A DNA stretch of 44,570 nucleotides from Candidatus Micrarchaeota archaeon (GCA_026413625.1 JAOAKO010000005.1:1-44570), one strand, 5' to 3'; numbered from the stretch's first letter, positions 9,087-18,601 are shown. The notes: a model not told the origin generated them from the letters alone. Numbers and translations are program-made.

Positions 9087-9992
9087 ATGGGTGTTATCGA
9101 TCTTGTCAAAGGATTTATTACAGGAGTACTTGTATTGGTTCTAATGGCTGCATTGCCAAGTTATATAATAATGAATGCAATACAGTCAAATTTACTTAAC
9201 CAAAATTATTATGAAACTCAATTTGAAAAAACTGGACTGTATATAAAAATGCATAACGGACTCCTTGACATAATCGCATCGCAGATACCAAAGCAAGAAT
9301 TATCCACATATGGAATAAGCGAATCCGACGTGAGAAGTGCAATGTCAAAGTCTATAACGCGTGAATGGGTAAGGAGTGAAATCAATAGAAATATTAGAAA
9401 TCTGATGTGGTACCTTAACGATGAAACAAAAGGAGTGAATTTATCAATTTCTATAAGGCCTAAGATAGCTGAAGGAATTGCAAATATGATTACGGAAAAA
9501 ATCGGATTGTCTCAATCCGCGGCTATTGCATTCGCAAACGAGCTTGATGCTGTAAAGTCAATTCCCGATCCTTTAGACATGGAAACCTTTGCGCCTGGAA
9601 CGAAGACTGCATTGGCAGACTTAAAATCAAATATACTGATGTTCAAATCGGCTATCTCGTATTTGCTGATGGGAATAATCGCCATAGTTGCATTGCTATT
9701 CCTACTCACCTTAAACCTAAAGGAATTCGCAAAAGTACTCGGATGGCCGGTCTTGGCAACCGGAATAATATTGGCTGCAGCTTCGTTTTTCCTTCCGAAT
9801 ATAATCAGAGAAACAGTGTCTCAAATGGAGGTTGCGTCTTCGCAGCAAATGCTGACTGTAACCAACATAATCGACTTCCTTTCCCCAATATTTGGAAGTA
9901 TACTGACGCAGGCAGCAATCCTTATTGCAGTAGGAATTCTATTAGTGGCGTTCAGCTTTGTCTACCCTATGGTGGAAAAGAAGAAAAGTTAA
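9087..9992 (+). CDS. Hypothetical membrane protein
   Basis: One N-terminal and three C-terminal hydrophobic helices around a soluble domain; GGTGA RBS. Confidence 0.8.
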   Translation: MGVIDLVKGFITGVLVLVLMAALPSYIIMNAIQSNLLNQNYYETQFEKTGLYIKMHNGLLDIIASQIPKQELSTYGISESDVRSAMSKSITREWVRSEINRNIRNLMWYLNDETKGVNLSISIRPKIAEGIANMITEKIGLSQSAAIAFANELDAVKSIPDPLDMETFAPGTKTALADLKSNILMFKSAISYLLMGIIAIVALLFLLTLNLKEFAKVLGWPVLATGIILAAASFFLPNIIRETVSQMEVASSQQMLTVTNIIDFLSPIFGSILTQAAILIAVGILLVAFSFVYPMVEKKKS

Positions 9993-11920
9993 ATAACATT
10001 TAGCTCCTTTGACCTTGTTTTTATTTCTTCTTTTATTCTTTTCAAAAATTCATCAACAGAAATTGATGAAACTTCACCTGTTCTTTTTCTGATCGATAGA
10101 TTATTCGCAGCGGTTTCCCTTTTTCCTATGGTTATTATGTAAGGTATCTTTCTAAGTTGGGCGTCTCTTATCCTTGCCTCTAATTTCTCGTTTCTTGCAT
10201 CAAGCTCCGATCTGATTCCTTCTTCCTTCATTTTTTTATCAAGCTGTCTGCAAAATTCCACCTGATCGTCTGTCAATGGAAGAAGGATAGCCTGAATTGG
10301 CGATAACCAGGTTGGAAACTTTCCTGCATAATGCTCAATCAATATGCCAATAAATCTCTCCATGCTTCCAAGAATAGCACGATGAACCATAATAACGGGT
10401 TTCCTTGTTCCATCCTTATCCACATAAGTTGCGTTGAATCTCAATGGCATCTGGAAATCAAGCTGAATAGTGGCGCACTGCCATGGCCTATTCAATGCAT
10501 CTGATATGTCCACATCTATCTTGGGACCATAAAATGCACCGTCTCCAGGATTGATAGTATAATCGATTCCATTTCTTTTCAACGCGTTTGCCAAGGCCTC
10601 TTCTGCCTTCTCCCACAGCTGTGGATCGCCCATAGCGCCCTCAGGCTTTGTTGAGAGCTTCATTTTATACTGGAATCCAAACAAATCCCCGTAGACGTAT
10701 TTTATAAACCCTAGCAAGTCGGTTATTTCGTCCTCAAGCTGATCGGGAGTGACGAAAATATGGGCGTCATCCTGGGCAAACTTGGTGACTCTCGTCAGTC
10801 CGCCAAGAACCCCGCCTAACTCATTCCTATGAAGCTGGCCGAAATCCGCTATTCTGTAAGGGAGCTCTTTATAGCTGTGCGAGGACGAATTGAACATAAG
10901 AAGATGCGAAGGACAATTCATCGCCTTTAATGCATACTCCTCCCCATCGATTTCAAATGAAAACATGTTCTGCCTATAATGCTGCCAGTGACCGGAGGTT
11001 TCCCAAAGTGCTTTCTTAAACACTTGCGGAGTTATTACCTCATTATATCCTCTCTTCAGATACTCTTCCCTTAAGAATTTTTGCAGCTCGTTATAAATGA
11101 CCACTCCGGCCGGCAAGAAGAACGGGCTTCCTGCAAGGGCGTAATCGTGAGTCATGAAAATCCCAAGCTCTCGCCCTAGCTTTCGGTGGTCTCTTTTTTC
11201 CGCTTCTTCTAGAAACTTCAGATGATCGTCAAGCATTTTCTGCTCGGGATATGCAACCGCATAAAGCCTCTGCAGCATTTTGTTTTTTGAATCTCCCCTC
11301 CAATAGGCTCCTGCGTTTTTCATCACCTTAAACGCCTTCAGCTTTCCAGTCGATGGAAGATGCGGCCCCTTGCAAAGGTCCAAAAAGTCATTGTCTGTAT
11401 AATAAACTGAAACAGTTTGTTCACCTAGCTGTTCCAACTCCTCCAGCATCTCAAGCTTGTACTTTTCCTTCCTCTCAGCAAATATCTTTTTAGCATCCTT
11501 AATTGGGATCTCTTTCCTCTCAAACTTTTCATTTCTTTCCACTATTCTCCTAAATTCCTGCTCTATAAGCTTAAAATCATCCGGAGTGAAAGTATGGTCA
11601 AGATCAAAGTCATAGTAAAAGCCCCCCTCAATTGCAGGACCTATCGCAAGCTTCGCATCTGGATACAGCCTCTTCACTGCCTTGGCCATAACATGGCTTG
11701 CGCTATGCCAGAAAACCTCCTTTCCTTCTTGATCCCTCCAAGTCAAAACTTTGAACTCGCAATCAGAAGTCAGCTGCTGATTGAGATCTGTTACTTTTCC
11801 ATTGACTGCGCATGCTATTGCGTCGCTAGCAAGCTTTTTTCCCATTTTGCTTGCAAGATCAAACCCGGTTTCTCCGGGATTGAACTCAAGTGAAGAACCG
11901 TCTGGTAATCTCGCTTTCAT
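9989..11920 (-). CDS. thrS: Threonyl-tRNA synthetase, bacterial/eukaryote-type (TGS + editing + class II core)
   Basis: TGS domain, HSASH and DLCKGPH editing motifs, RDHRKLG, MNCPSH, GAFYGPKID, MVHRAILGSMERF. Start at 11920 or 11941. Confidence 0.96.
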   Translation of the reverse strand: MKARLPDGSSLEFNPGETGFDLASKMGKKLASDAIACAVNGKVTDLNQQLTSDCEFKVLTWRDQEGKEVFWHSASHVMAKAVKRLYPDAKLAIGPAIEGGFYYDFDLDHTFTPDDFKLIEQEFRRIVERNEKFERKEIPIKDAKKIFAERKEKYKLEMLEELEQLGEQTVSVYYTDNDFLDLCKGPHLPSTGKLKAFKVMKNAGAYWRGDSKNKMLQRLYAVAYPEQKMLDDHLKFLEEAEKRDHRKLGRELGIFMTHDYALAGSPFFLPAGVVIYNELQKFLREEYLKRGYNEVITPQVFKKALWETSGHWQHYRQNMFSFEIDGEEYALKAMNCPSHLLMFNSSSHSYKELPYRIADFGQLHRNELGGVLGGLTRVTKFAQDDAHIFVTPDQLEDEITDLLGFIKYVYGDLFGFQYKMKLSTKPEGAMGDPQLWEKAEEALANALKRNGIDYTINPGDGAFYGPKIDVDISDALNRPWQCATIQLDFQMPLRFNATYVDKDGTRKPVIMVHRAILGSMERFIGILIEHYAGKFPTWLSPIQAILLPLTDDQVEFCRQLDKKMKEEGIRSELDARNEKLEARIRDAQLRKIPYIITIGKRETAANNLSIRKRTGEVSSISVDEFLKRIKEEIKTRSKELNVI

Positions 11921-11997
11921 ATTCTCACAATCAATCGGCATAAAAACATATAATTTAACAGCATAAAATATTTAAAGCCAACAACACAAACTGAATT

Positions 11998-13722
11998 ATG
12001 AAGAATTTGGAAATCGCAGCGATTTTTTATGCAATGGCTGACATACTCGAGCTCCAGAATGTTCAATGGAAACCGATTGCATACAGGAAAGCGGCAAGAT
12101 CTATAGAAACCCTTTCTGAGCCAATCGAAGAAGTATATAAAAGGGGTGGGATAAACGCCTTAATGGAGATTCCCGGTATAGGCGAGGCTATCGCAAAGAA
12201 AACTGAGGAATATTTGCTTACCGGAAGGGTCGCAGAATATGAAAGACTGAAGAAAAAAATACCTAAGGGATTGAGAGAAATAATGGAACTTCAGGGATTG
12301 GGGCCCAAAAAAGCGATTAGGCTTTATAAAGAACTGAAAATCGATTCGATAGATGCGCTCGAAAAGGCTGCAAGAGAAGGAAAAATTGCTAAGTTGGAGG
12401 GATTCAAAGAAAAAAGCGAGAAGAACATTCTAAAGTCAATTGAAATGATAAAGAAAGGAAAGGAAAGAATAATGCTTGGCGTTGCTCTACCGATAGCAAG
12501 AGAGATAGTTCAAGAGCTAAAAAATGTTAAAGGAGTGAAAAGGATAGAAATCGCTGGATCTGTAAGAAGAATGGTTGAAACCATAGGGGATATAGACATA
12601 CTCGCAGAGATTGAGGGACATAGCAAAGAAGTGATGGATAGATTTGTAGCGCTTCAAGGCGTGACAAATATTCTTGCAAAGGGAGAAAAGAAATCTATGG
12701 TAATGATAAGAAAAGGAAAATACGATATTCAAGTCGACTTAAGAATAATCGAATCAAATTCGTTCGGAGCTGCTCTGCAGTACTTTACTGGAAACAAGGA
12801 ACACAACATTGAATTAAGAAAGCTTGCGATAGCCAAAGGGATGAAATTAAATGAATACGGCTTGTTTAAGGGCGACAAGCAAATCGCAGGTAAGGAAGAA
12901 AGAGAGGTATACTCAAAACTTGGAATGGAGTGGATACCGCCAGAATTGAGAGAAAACAAGGGTGAGATTCAGGCGGCAATGATAAATAAGCTGCCTGAAT
13001 TAGTGGAGTTAAGCCAAATAAAAGGAGACCTGCACGTACATACTGACTGGTCCGAAGGCACCGCAAGCATAGAGGAAATGGCAAATGCGGCAAAGAAAAT
13101 CGGATACGAATACATCGGAATATCCGACCACTCAAAATCAGAGAGAATTGCTAATGGTTTGGATGAAAAAAGAATCGAGCAACAGATTGAAGCGATAAAT
13201 GAGATACGAAGGAAAGTTAAAGGAATAAAAATTCTTCACGGCTCGGAAGTCAGCATCCTTCCAGATGGAAGCCTCGACTACGGAGATGACATATTGAAAA
13301 GGCTTGATTATGTTATAGCCGCTGTCCATTCTAGATTCAAATCATCTAAAGAGGAAATGACAAAAAGAATAACAAAGGCATTGGAGAACAAATACGTTAA
13401 GATTCTTGCGCATCCAACCGGCAGATTGATAAATGAAAGAATGCCGTACGAAGTTGACCTTGACCGGATATTTGAAATCTGCAGAGATAGAAGGATTGCG
13501 ATGGAGATCAACTCCTTTCCATTAAGGCTTGACTTAAATGACGTATATGTTAGAAAGGCAAGGGACTATGGAACAATGCTGTGCATAAATACAGACTCAC
13601 ATGCGATTGATCATTTGGGCTATATGGAGTACGGGATTGCGGTCGCAAGAAGAGGATGGTGCGAAAGAAAAAACATTTTAAATTGCATGGGACATGAAGA
13701 TTTAATGAAGTGGCTGGAATAA
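11998..13722 (+). CDS. polX: DNA polymerase X with C-terminal PHP domain
   Basis: HhH IPGIG, GSVRR, GDID, VDLR, YFTG; PHP motifs DLHVH, DHS, AHP, TDSH. Confidence 0.96.
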   Translation: MKNLEIAAIFYAMADILELQNVQWKPIAYRKAARSIETLSEPIEEVYKRGGINALMEIPGIGEAIAKKTEEYLLTGRVAEYERLKKKIPKGLREIMELQGLGPKKAIRLYKELKIDSIDALEKAAREGKIAKLEGFKEKSEKNILKSIEMIKKGKERIMLGVALPIAREIVQELKNVKGVKRIEIAGSVRRMVETIGDIDILAEIEGHSKEVMDRFVALQGVTNILAKGEKKSMVMIRKGKYDIQVDLRIIESNSFGAALQYFTGNKEHNIELRKLAIAKGMKLNEYGLFKGDKQIAGKEEREVYSKLGMEWIPPELRENKGEIQAAMINKLPELVELSQIKGDLHVHTDWSEGTASIEEMANAAKKIGYEYIGISDHSKSERIANGLDEKRIEQQIEAINEIRRKVKGIKILHGSEVSILPDGSLDYGDDILKRLDYVIAAVHSRFKSSKEEMTKRITKALENKYVKILAHPTGRLINERMPYEVDLDRIFEICRDRRIAMEINSFPLRLDLNDVYVRKARDYGTMLCINTDSHAIDHLGYMEYGIAVARRGWCERKNILNCMGHEDLMKWLE

Positions 13723-13777
13723 AGACAAATCGCATTTCCAGACGCTAAAATTGTAAATGTTTATAGGTGAGTGCATT

Positions 13778-14173
13778 ATGAAAAAGATGGCAAAAGAAAT
13801 GAAAAATGATGGCAAAAGCGTATTTTCCAACCTTTTGGAAAAAAAGAGCGTGAAAATATTAATTTATCTCTTAATTGTGATTTTTGCCGTGTCAATAATT
13901 ATAACCTCTGCGCTCACTTCCGTAAATAACGGACAAAAAGAAGAGCAAGATTCAGGAAAAACAAACCTTGCAAAAAATTACTGCACTCCGGAATCAAGGA
14001 AAGCGGAGGTGTGCATCGCTGTTTATGAGCCGGTATGCGGCTGGTTTAGTCAGCCGATAAAGTGCGTCAGATATCCTTGCGCTGCAACCTACTCCAATGC
14101 GTGCTTTGCATGCATGGATGAAAAGGTCGAATACTGGACCGAAGGAGAATGCCCTTCCGGCATTTACTCTTAG
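13778..14173 (+). CDS. Membrane-anchored Kazal-type protease-inhibitor-domain protein
   Basis: TM helix followed by C...CIAVYEPVCG...TYSNACFAC...GEC, the Kazal cysteine pattern. Confidence 0.8.
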   Translation: MKKMAKEMKNDGKSVFSNLLEKKSVKILIYLLIVIFAVSIIITSALTSVNNGQKEEQDSGKTNLAKNYCTPESRKAEVCIAVYEPVCGWFSQPIKCVRYPCAATYSNACFACMDEKVEYWTEGECPSGIYS

Positions 14174-14174
14174 G

Positions 14175-15026
14175 CTAACTAACTTTTAAAGCCATCAATT
14201 TTAATTTTTTGATTCTTTTTTCAAGCTGCGATATGCTTGGATACAAGGTTAATGAAGGATACTTTGAAACAAACTCTTTTGCCTTTCTGATCGCCTCTTG
14301 CTTTTCATAGCCTTTAAGAATATCTGAATTGAATATGTTTTTTGAGATCCATAAAATCTTTTTCCTTTTGAGCGCAGGCGAAGTTCCATACAGACAAACA
14401 ATGTCTGGCCTAATGCCGTATAAGGCCATAAACTCCCTGTTTCCGTCAATATTCTTAGATGAGTAAGTCAGTATTACTGGTTGGCTTCTTATCTTATTTT
14501 GGCTGAATAGTCTCCTCAGTTTTTGCCATCGATATTTCACAGTTTGCGAGCTTAAGGTTAGGAGTTCGAGGTGGGAATTCGTACTTTCTAACGAAATGCC
14601 TAATTTTGAAGAAAGGAAATTGAAATTTTTCATAATTGTGTTTGGGTTCATGCTCAATAGCGATGAAATCTTTTTTCCGGAATCCGGTTTCAAGAACCTC
14701 TGAATAAGAATGTAGTTATTTTTAAGAGTGTTCAAATCCCTGCCTAAGAGCGAAGGCTGCGCGCATATCTCTTCTTTCTTGATCTTTAGCTCACAGGTCA
14801 AAAACATATAGTTGCGCAATATGCGGATTGGATTTAAGCACAGCAGACGCGCATTTTTGATTATCCGTTTGTCGTCTAAACCAATTCCTGAAAGCAAAGA
14901 ATACGAAGAATTGATCGTTCTGATCCTTGTGCTTTCCAGAGCCTTAAGATCTTGCTTGGAAATTAGACTAAAATTTTCCCCAAAGAGGGCACGCAGATTT
15001 TCAAGCCTTAGCTCCTTTTCGTCCAT
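14175..15026 (-). CDS. Basic helical-repeat protein with mTERF-like 31-32 aa repeats
   Basis: About six repeats, e.g. QPSLLGRDLNTLKNNYILI, SSLLSMNPNTIMKNFNFLSSKLGIS, QPVILTYSSKNIDGNREFMALYGI. The CDS is solid; the family call is by eye. Confidence 0.65.
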   Translation of the reverse strand: MDEKELRLENLRALFGENFSLISKQDLKALESTRIRTINSSYSLLSGIGLDDKRIIKNARLLCLNPIRILRNYMFLTCELKIKKEEICAQPSLLGRDLNTLKNNYILIQRFLKPDSGKKISSLLSMNPNTIMKNFNFLSSKLGISLESTNSHLELLTLSSQTVKYRWQKLRRLFSQNKIRSQPVILTYSSKNIDGNREFMALYGIRPDIVCLYGTSPALKRKKILWISKNIFNSDILKGYEKQEAIRKAKEFVSKYPSLTLYPSISQLEKRIKKLKLMALKVS

Positions 15027-15096
15027 GTCAATTATAACGTTTTCAAAGTATAAATAGATTTTGTTAATAAAACGATGAAACTTTAGTGATAAAAAG

Positions 15097-15169
15097 CGCC
15101 TGGGCCGGGATTCGAACCCGGGTCGGCGGCGTGACAGGCCGCAATGCTAGACCACTACACCACCCAAGC
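15097..15169 (-). tRNA. tRNA-Asp(GTC)
   Basis: Cloverleaf: acceptor GCTTGGG/CCCAGGC, anticodon arm GCGGC-CTGTCAC-GCCGC, T arm CCGGG-TTCGAAT-CCCGG. CCA not encoded. Confidence 0.97.
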
Positions 15170-15177
15170 GTCTTAAA

Positions 15178-15289
15178 TCCCACCGGCCGGATTTGAACCA
15201 GCAACCCTCTCGTTTCTACAAAACGACTGCCAGGGAATCTGACAGGCTGGACTACAGCGAGATGCTCTGCCAGATTGAGCTACGGTGGG
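15178..15289 (-). tRNA. tRNA-Tyr(GTA) with 38-nt intron at 37/38 (intron 15214-15251)
   Basis: Acceptor CCCACCG/CGGTGGG (C1-G72, A73), anticodon stem TCTCG/CGAGA, central splice helix CTGT/GTAG. Lies 8 nt upstream of tRNA-Asp. Confidence 0.95.
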
Positions 15290-15408
15290 GCAAATGAGCA
15301 AATGCAATAAATAATATGTAAGCAAAATTATTAAATAATTACTTCCTAAGCAGTGTTTCTTGTTTTATATTCTTTAATATTTTTAATTCTTTATATGCAA
15401 GTAAAAAT

Positions 15409-15945
15409 ATGAAGCGAAAGATAAAAGGCAAAGGAAAGGCGCAAAAAATGCCGCAAAAAATGACTGAAAAACAAGCGAAAAATCAGAGCAAAAAGCATAT
15501 CTTTAATGGATACCTGATTGTCCTAACGGCAATTTTGCTGCTTGTATTCCTTGCTGGAATTTATTTGATGTCTGCGGAAAATGATTCTGCTGCCGAAAGT
15601 CAAAGCTGGTTCAATGCTTCAGTGGTTGTCAACTATTCTGCAGGAAAGACCATGAGTGAATGCCTAGCACAAATCGGAATAAGTGAAAATCTTGTTTACA
15701 TCTACAGCGATACGTGCGTATACTCCCAAAGAAATACTCCCTGGATTAGAGAGATCAATCCTGAAAAGGGAGTGAGAATGATTAATATAGAAAACGCGGA
15801 ACAGCTTATCAAATTTATGAATTGCATGCCTAAATTTGAACTTGAGGGAACCCCTACTTATATCTGTATTCCTAACTCCAAAGTTCATGTTGGAAGCTTC
15901 GATTCTAAGTCTGAGCTCATGCTTTTCGCTGAAAATTGCAGATGA
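15409..15945 (+). CDS. Membrane-anchored thioredoxin-like fold protein (CxxS)
   Basis: Basic N-terminus, TM helix, YIYSDTCVYS at the active-site position, GTPTY cis-Pro motif. Confidence 0.65.
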   Translation: MKRKIKGKGKAQKMPQKMTEKQAKNQSKKHIFNGYLIVLTAILLLVFLAGIYLMSAENDSAAESQSWFNASVVVNYSAGKTMSECLAQIGISENLVYIYSDTCVYSQRNTPWIREINPEKGVRMINIENAEQLIKFMNCMPKFELEGTPTYICIPNSKVHVGSFDSKSELMLFAENCR

Positions 15946-15956
15946 TAGGTGAGAAT

Positions 15957-16910
15957 ATGGCTAAAGGAAAAAGGCAAGATGGAAAAATTGGCAAGGTAAA
16001 AAAGATTGTGCATTCGGTTAAGGAAAAAATAAAAGAAAGGATAGGATTTCCTTACATTTTGCTTTTTTCTATTGTCGCTATAATAATAGGCCTATTTGTT
16101 CTTGGAATCAAAATTCCATTTGGAGAAGAAAATTCTTCGATAGTTGACAGCAAAATCGTCAAATTTCTAAATCTCTATTACGGCATGATAAACATAACTG
16201 TAAATAACAAAACACTTGAAAATGGAGTATGGAAGATAAATATAAACGGGTACACAAGCGACGGAATAGTCAATTTTGACATACAAATGAATGCGAATGA
16301 TTTTACAATCACAAAAATAAGTCAAAACTTAGTGATACCTTCAAAGCCTACCACTATAAGAGAAATTGGACGTGAAATCGGATGCAGTGTGGGTGGTAAA
16401 AAGACTGTTGACATATACATAGACCCATACGACCCCTGGTCTATAAGATATGACGGTGAGATTGATAATTTCTTATCTAAATTCAGCGATTCAATACGCC
16501 CTACATATAGGATTCTGTCTACTTATACATACAAGTACGTATACCAAGATCCGAATTCAAACGCATATTTGGCGCTGCTGTACTACGAATGTACCAAAAA
16601 CGAAGATTACTTTAAAACCTTCAAGTCTTGCGTCATAAGCAAATATGGCGAAAAGAAAGATTTTCTCACCGATGCGGAGCTGAAAGAATGCGTAAGGCAG
16701 TCAAATGGAAAAGTGGAGAATATTGAAAAATGCGTAGCTGACAGCTATCCAATGGGTGAATTAAGAACGGACCAGCGATTTGCAGAAACTTTTATAGGCA
16801 CCGCAACAACTCCAATGTATGTAGTGGATTGCAAGTATGTAATTTATCCCCTCTACATGGAAAATGCGTTTTGCTATCTTTACCCTGAGATAGAAAAATG
16901 CAAGGAGTGA
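15957..16910 (+). CDS. Membrane-anchored DsbA/thioredoxin-like protein with degenerate active site
   Basis: TM helix, VDIYIDPYDPWS where CxxC is expected, Cys-rich helical insert, TTPMYVVDC. Start placed after GGTGA. Confidence 0.6.
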   Translation: MAKGKRQDGKIGKVKKIVHSVKEKIKERIGFPYILLFSIVAIIIGLFVLGIKIPFGEENSSIVDSKIVKFLNLYYGMINITVNNKTLENGVWKININGYTSDGIVNFDIQMNANDFTITKISQNLVIPSKPTTIREIGREIGCSVGGKKTVDIYIDPYDPWSIRYDGEIDNFLSKFSDSIRPTYRILSTYTYKYVYQDPNSNAYLALLYYECTKNEDYFKTFKSCVISKYGEKKDFLTDAELKECVRQSNGKVENIEKCVADSYPMGELRTDQRFAETFIGTATTPMYVVDCKYVIYPLYMENAFCYLYPEIEKCKE

Positions 16911-16925
16911 ATTCTTTTTTTAATT

Positions 16926-17618
16926 TCATTTCTTTACATGGACAAAAAGATGATTCAAATCGTAAGGCGAAAGCTCCACTTCCTGAAGAATTTCAAATCC
17001 ATATTCTTTAAGCTCTTTTACAGATTCCTTATAAACCTCTTTTGAGCTTTTAGTAACGTCAATAGATTGCGATTTTATGCATATGAATCCTTCTCCGCCA
17101 TCCTTAAGGAACATGTCTGAATTCAGTTTAAATATCCTTATCTGGTCTGGCTGCGCAACATCTTGATATATGAAATCGACCTTTCCTTCGATATACTTCT
17201 TGAATTCCTGCGGCTTTCTTGCGTCTCCAAGAATTGGAATCATATTGTCTCTTACTTCGCAGACAGAAATGAGATCCCTTAAAGGCCTTTCTGAAAATTC
17301 AACGCAGTAGATTATTCCATTTTTACCTATTATGTCTGAAATGTGCGAACATGTAGTGCCGCTTGCCGCTCCCAGATATAAAATCGAATCTCCTTTTTTT
17401 ATTCCGCTTGACTTAAGGCCTTTTTTGATTGCTCCTGCAAGCTTTGATCTGAATGGATCCCAAAGCCTGTATTCCTTGTCGTCAACGTCTATAAGCCTCT
17501 CACCATAAACGGTATTTCCGGGATATGCGTTAAGGGTTGCTAATTTATCATCTATTTTGAATATACCTGGAAATATCTGCAACAGATCGTGCTGCGAGCG
17601 CCTTTCTTTTTTAGTCAT
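16926..17618 (-). CDS. flpA: Fibrillarin-like rRNA/tRNA 2'-O-methyltransferase
   Basis: YRLWDPFRSKLA, LYLGAASGTTCSHISD, VEFS, ILGDARKP, YQDVAQPDQ. Confidence 0.97.
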   Translation of the reverse strand: MTKKERRSQHDLLQIFPGIFKIDDKLATLNAYPGNTVYGERLIDVDDKEYRLWDPFRSKLAGAIKKGLKSSGIKKGDSILYLGAASGTTCSHISDIIGKNGIIYCVEFSERPLRDLISVCEVRDNMIPILGDARKPQEFKKYIEGKVDFIYQDVAQPDQIRIFKLNSDMFLKDGGEGFICIKSQSIDVTKSSKEVYKESVKELKEYGFEILQEVELSPYDLNHLFVHVKK

Positions 17619-17622
17619 AAAA

Positions 17623-17641
17623 ATAGTTTCAACTATAGTTT
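17623..17641. promoter_or_regulatory. Putative operator ATAGTTTCAACTATAGTTT upstream of fibrillarin
   Basis: Dyad-symmetric 19-mer, identical to 24096-24114. Confidence 0.5.
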
Positions 17642-17680
17642 TAAAAGCTTAATGACTTTCGGCTTTATTGAAAATATTGT

Positions 17681-17869
17681 TCAGCCGCGCATCCATGCCT
17701 GTTCCGCCTGCTCTAACTGCTCCTTTGTAAACTTTGGCTTTTCCTTGAAAATCCCTTCTGTAATCAAAGAGCCGAATTTTCTAATTCTGTTTCCTACGCT
17801 GGCGAAACCTCTCCTTATCGGCGCCTGCTCCGAAATCTGAACGCTTGATCTGAACTGAGTTTCTGTCAT
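17681..17869 (-). CDS. Small hypothetical protein
   Basis: 62-aa ORF in an otherwise empty gap, with GAGG and an AT-rich TATA-like sequence upstream. Confidence 0.55.
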   Translation of the reverse strand: MTETQFRSSVQISEQAPIRRGFASVGNRIRKFGSLITEGIFKEKPKFTKEQLEQAEQAWMRG

Positions 17870-17939
17870 ATTATCTGCCTCGAATATAATTATAGAATAA
17901 TATTTAAATACCTATCGAAAGATTAGAAGATTCGGCAAG

Positions 17940-18043
17940 CGCCCCCGGAGGGATTTGAACCCTCGACCTACTGCTTTCTTCGAAACACCCCATAAAAATG
18001 TTCTTAGGAGGCAGTCGCTCTATCCAAGCTGAGCTACAGGGGC
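17940..18043 (-). tRNA. tRNA-Arg(CCT) with 29-nt intron at 37/38 (intron 17976-18004)
   Basis: Acceptor GCCCCTG/CGGGGGC, anticodon stem ACTGC/GCAGT, anticodon CCT at 18008-18006, T arm GAGGG-TTCAAAT-CCCTC, BHB-like intron. Confidence 0.95.
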
Positions 18044-18096
18044 ACATATAAGATATATGAAAAAAGAATTAAAAATAAGACTGAAACCGCCATGTC

Positions 18097-18567
18097 TCAG
18101 AACCAGTTCCATGGGAGTAGCTTTTTCCATTTGCTTTTGTTTTCTATCTTTTTCTCGTGCTTTTCGCCTTCGCTTCTTGCTTCTTGAAACTCTATTTTAT
18201 TTTGTATTGTGTCCAATCTTGCCTTTGAATGACGCTCAAGATTGCCTATCCTCTCATTAAGGCTTGCCTGCATTGCTGAAAGATCTTCCAATTTTTTGAT
18301 GATTTGCAAATTCTGCCTGTCTAGCGAAGAGAATGAGCTGTTGAGATAGTTGATTTTACTTGAAATATGGGAATATACACCTGCGATGTATCCGAATGTG
18401 AATGCAAACGCTATGGCTGCAGAGCCTCGGACTAGCACTTTCCTTGGATTGTTCGCTATGTATTTGGATGAACTTTCTATAATCTCTTCAGTCGCAACCT
18501 TAAACTTCGAATAGATGTCGCTTACCTTGCCTCTTGGTTGTGAATTAACGGGTTTAAACTCTTGCAT
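18097..18567 (-). CDS. Hypothetical single-TM coiled-coil protein
   Basis: One hydrophobic helix, then a heptad-rich region, ending WKKLLPWNWF. Confidence 0.75.
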   Translation of the reverse strand: MQEFKPVNSQPRGKVSDIYSKFKVATEEIIESSSKYIANNPRKVLVRGSAAIAFAFTFGYIAGVYSHISSKINYLNSSFSSLDRQNLQIIKKLEDLSAMQASLNERIGNLERHSKARLDTIQNKIEFQEARSEGEKHEKKIENKSKWKKLLPWNWF

Positions 18568-18601
18568 AAGGAATTGACAAATTCATAGTATATAAATCTT
18601 A

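Noticed and set aside
15097-18043. Integrated mobile element at the tRNA genes
   Set aside because: No integrase, transposase or duplicated tRNA end seen; fibrillarin lies in the interval.
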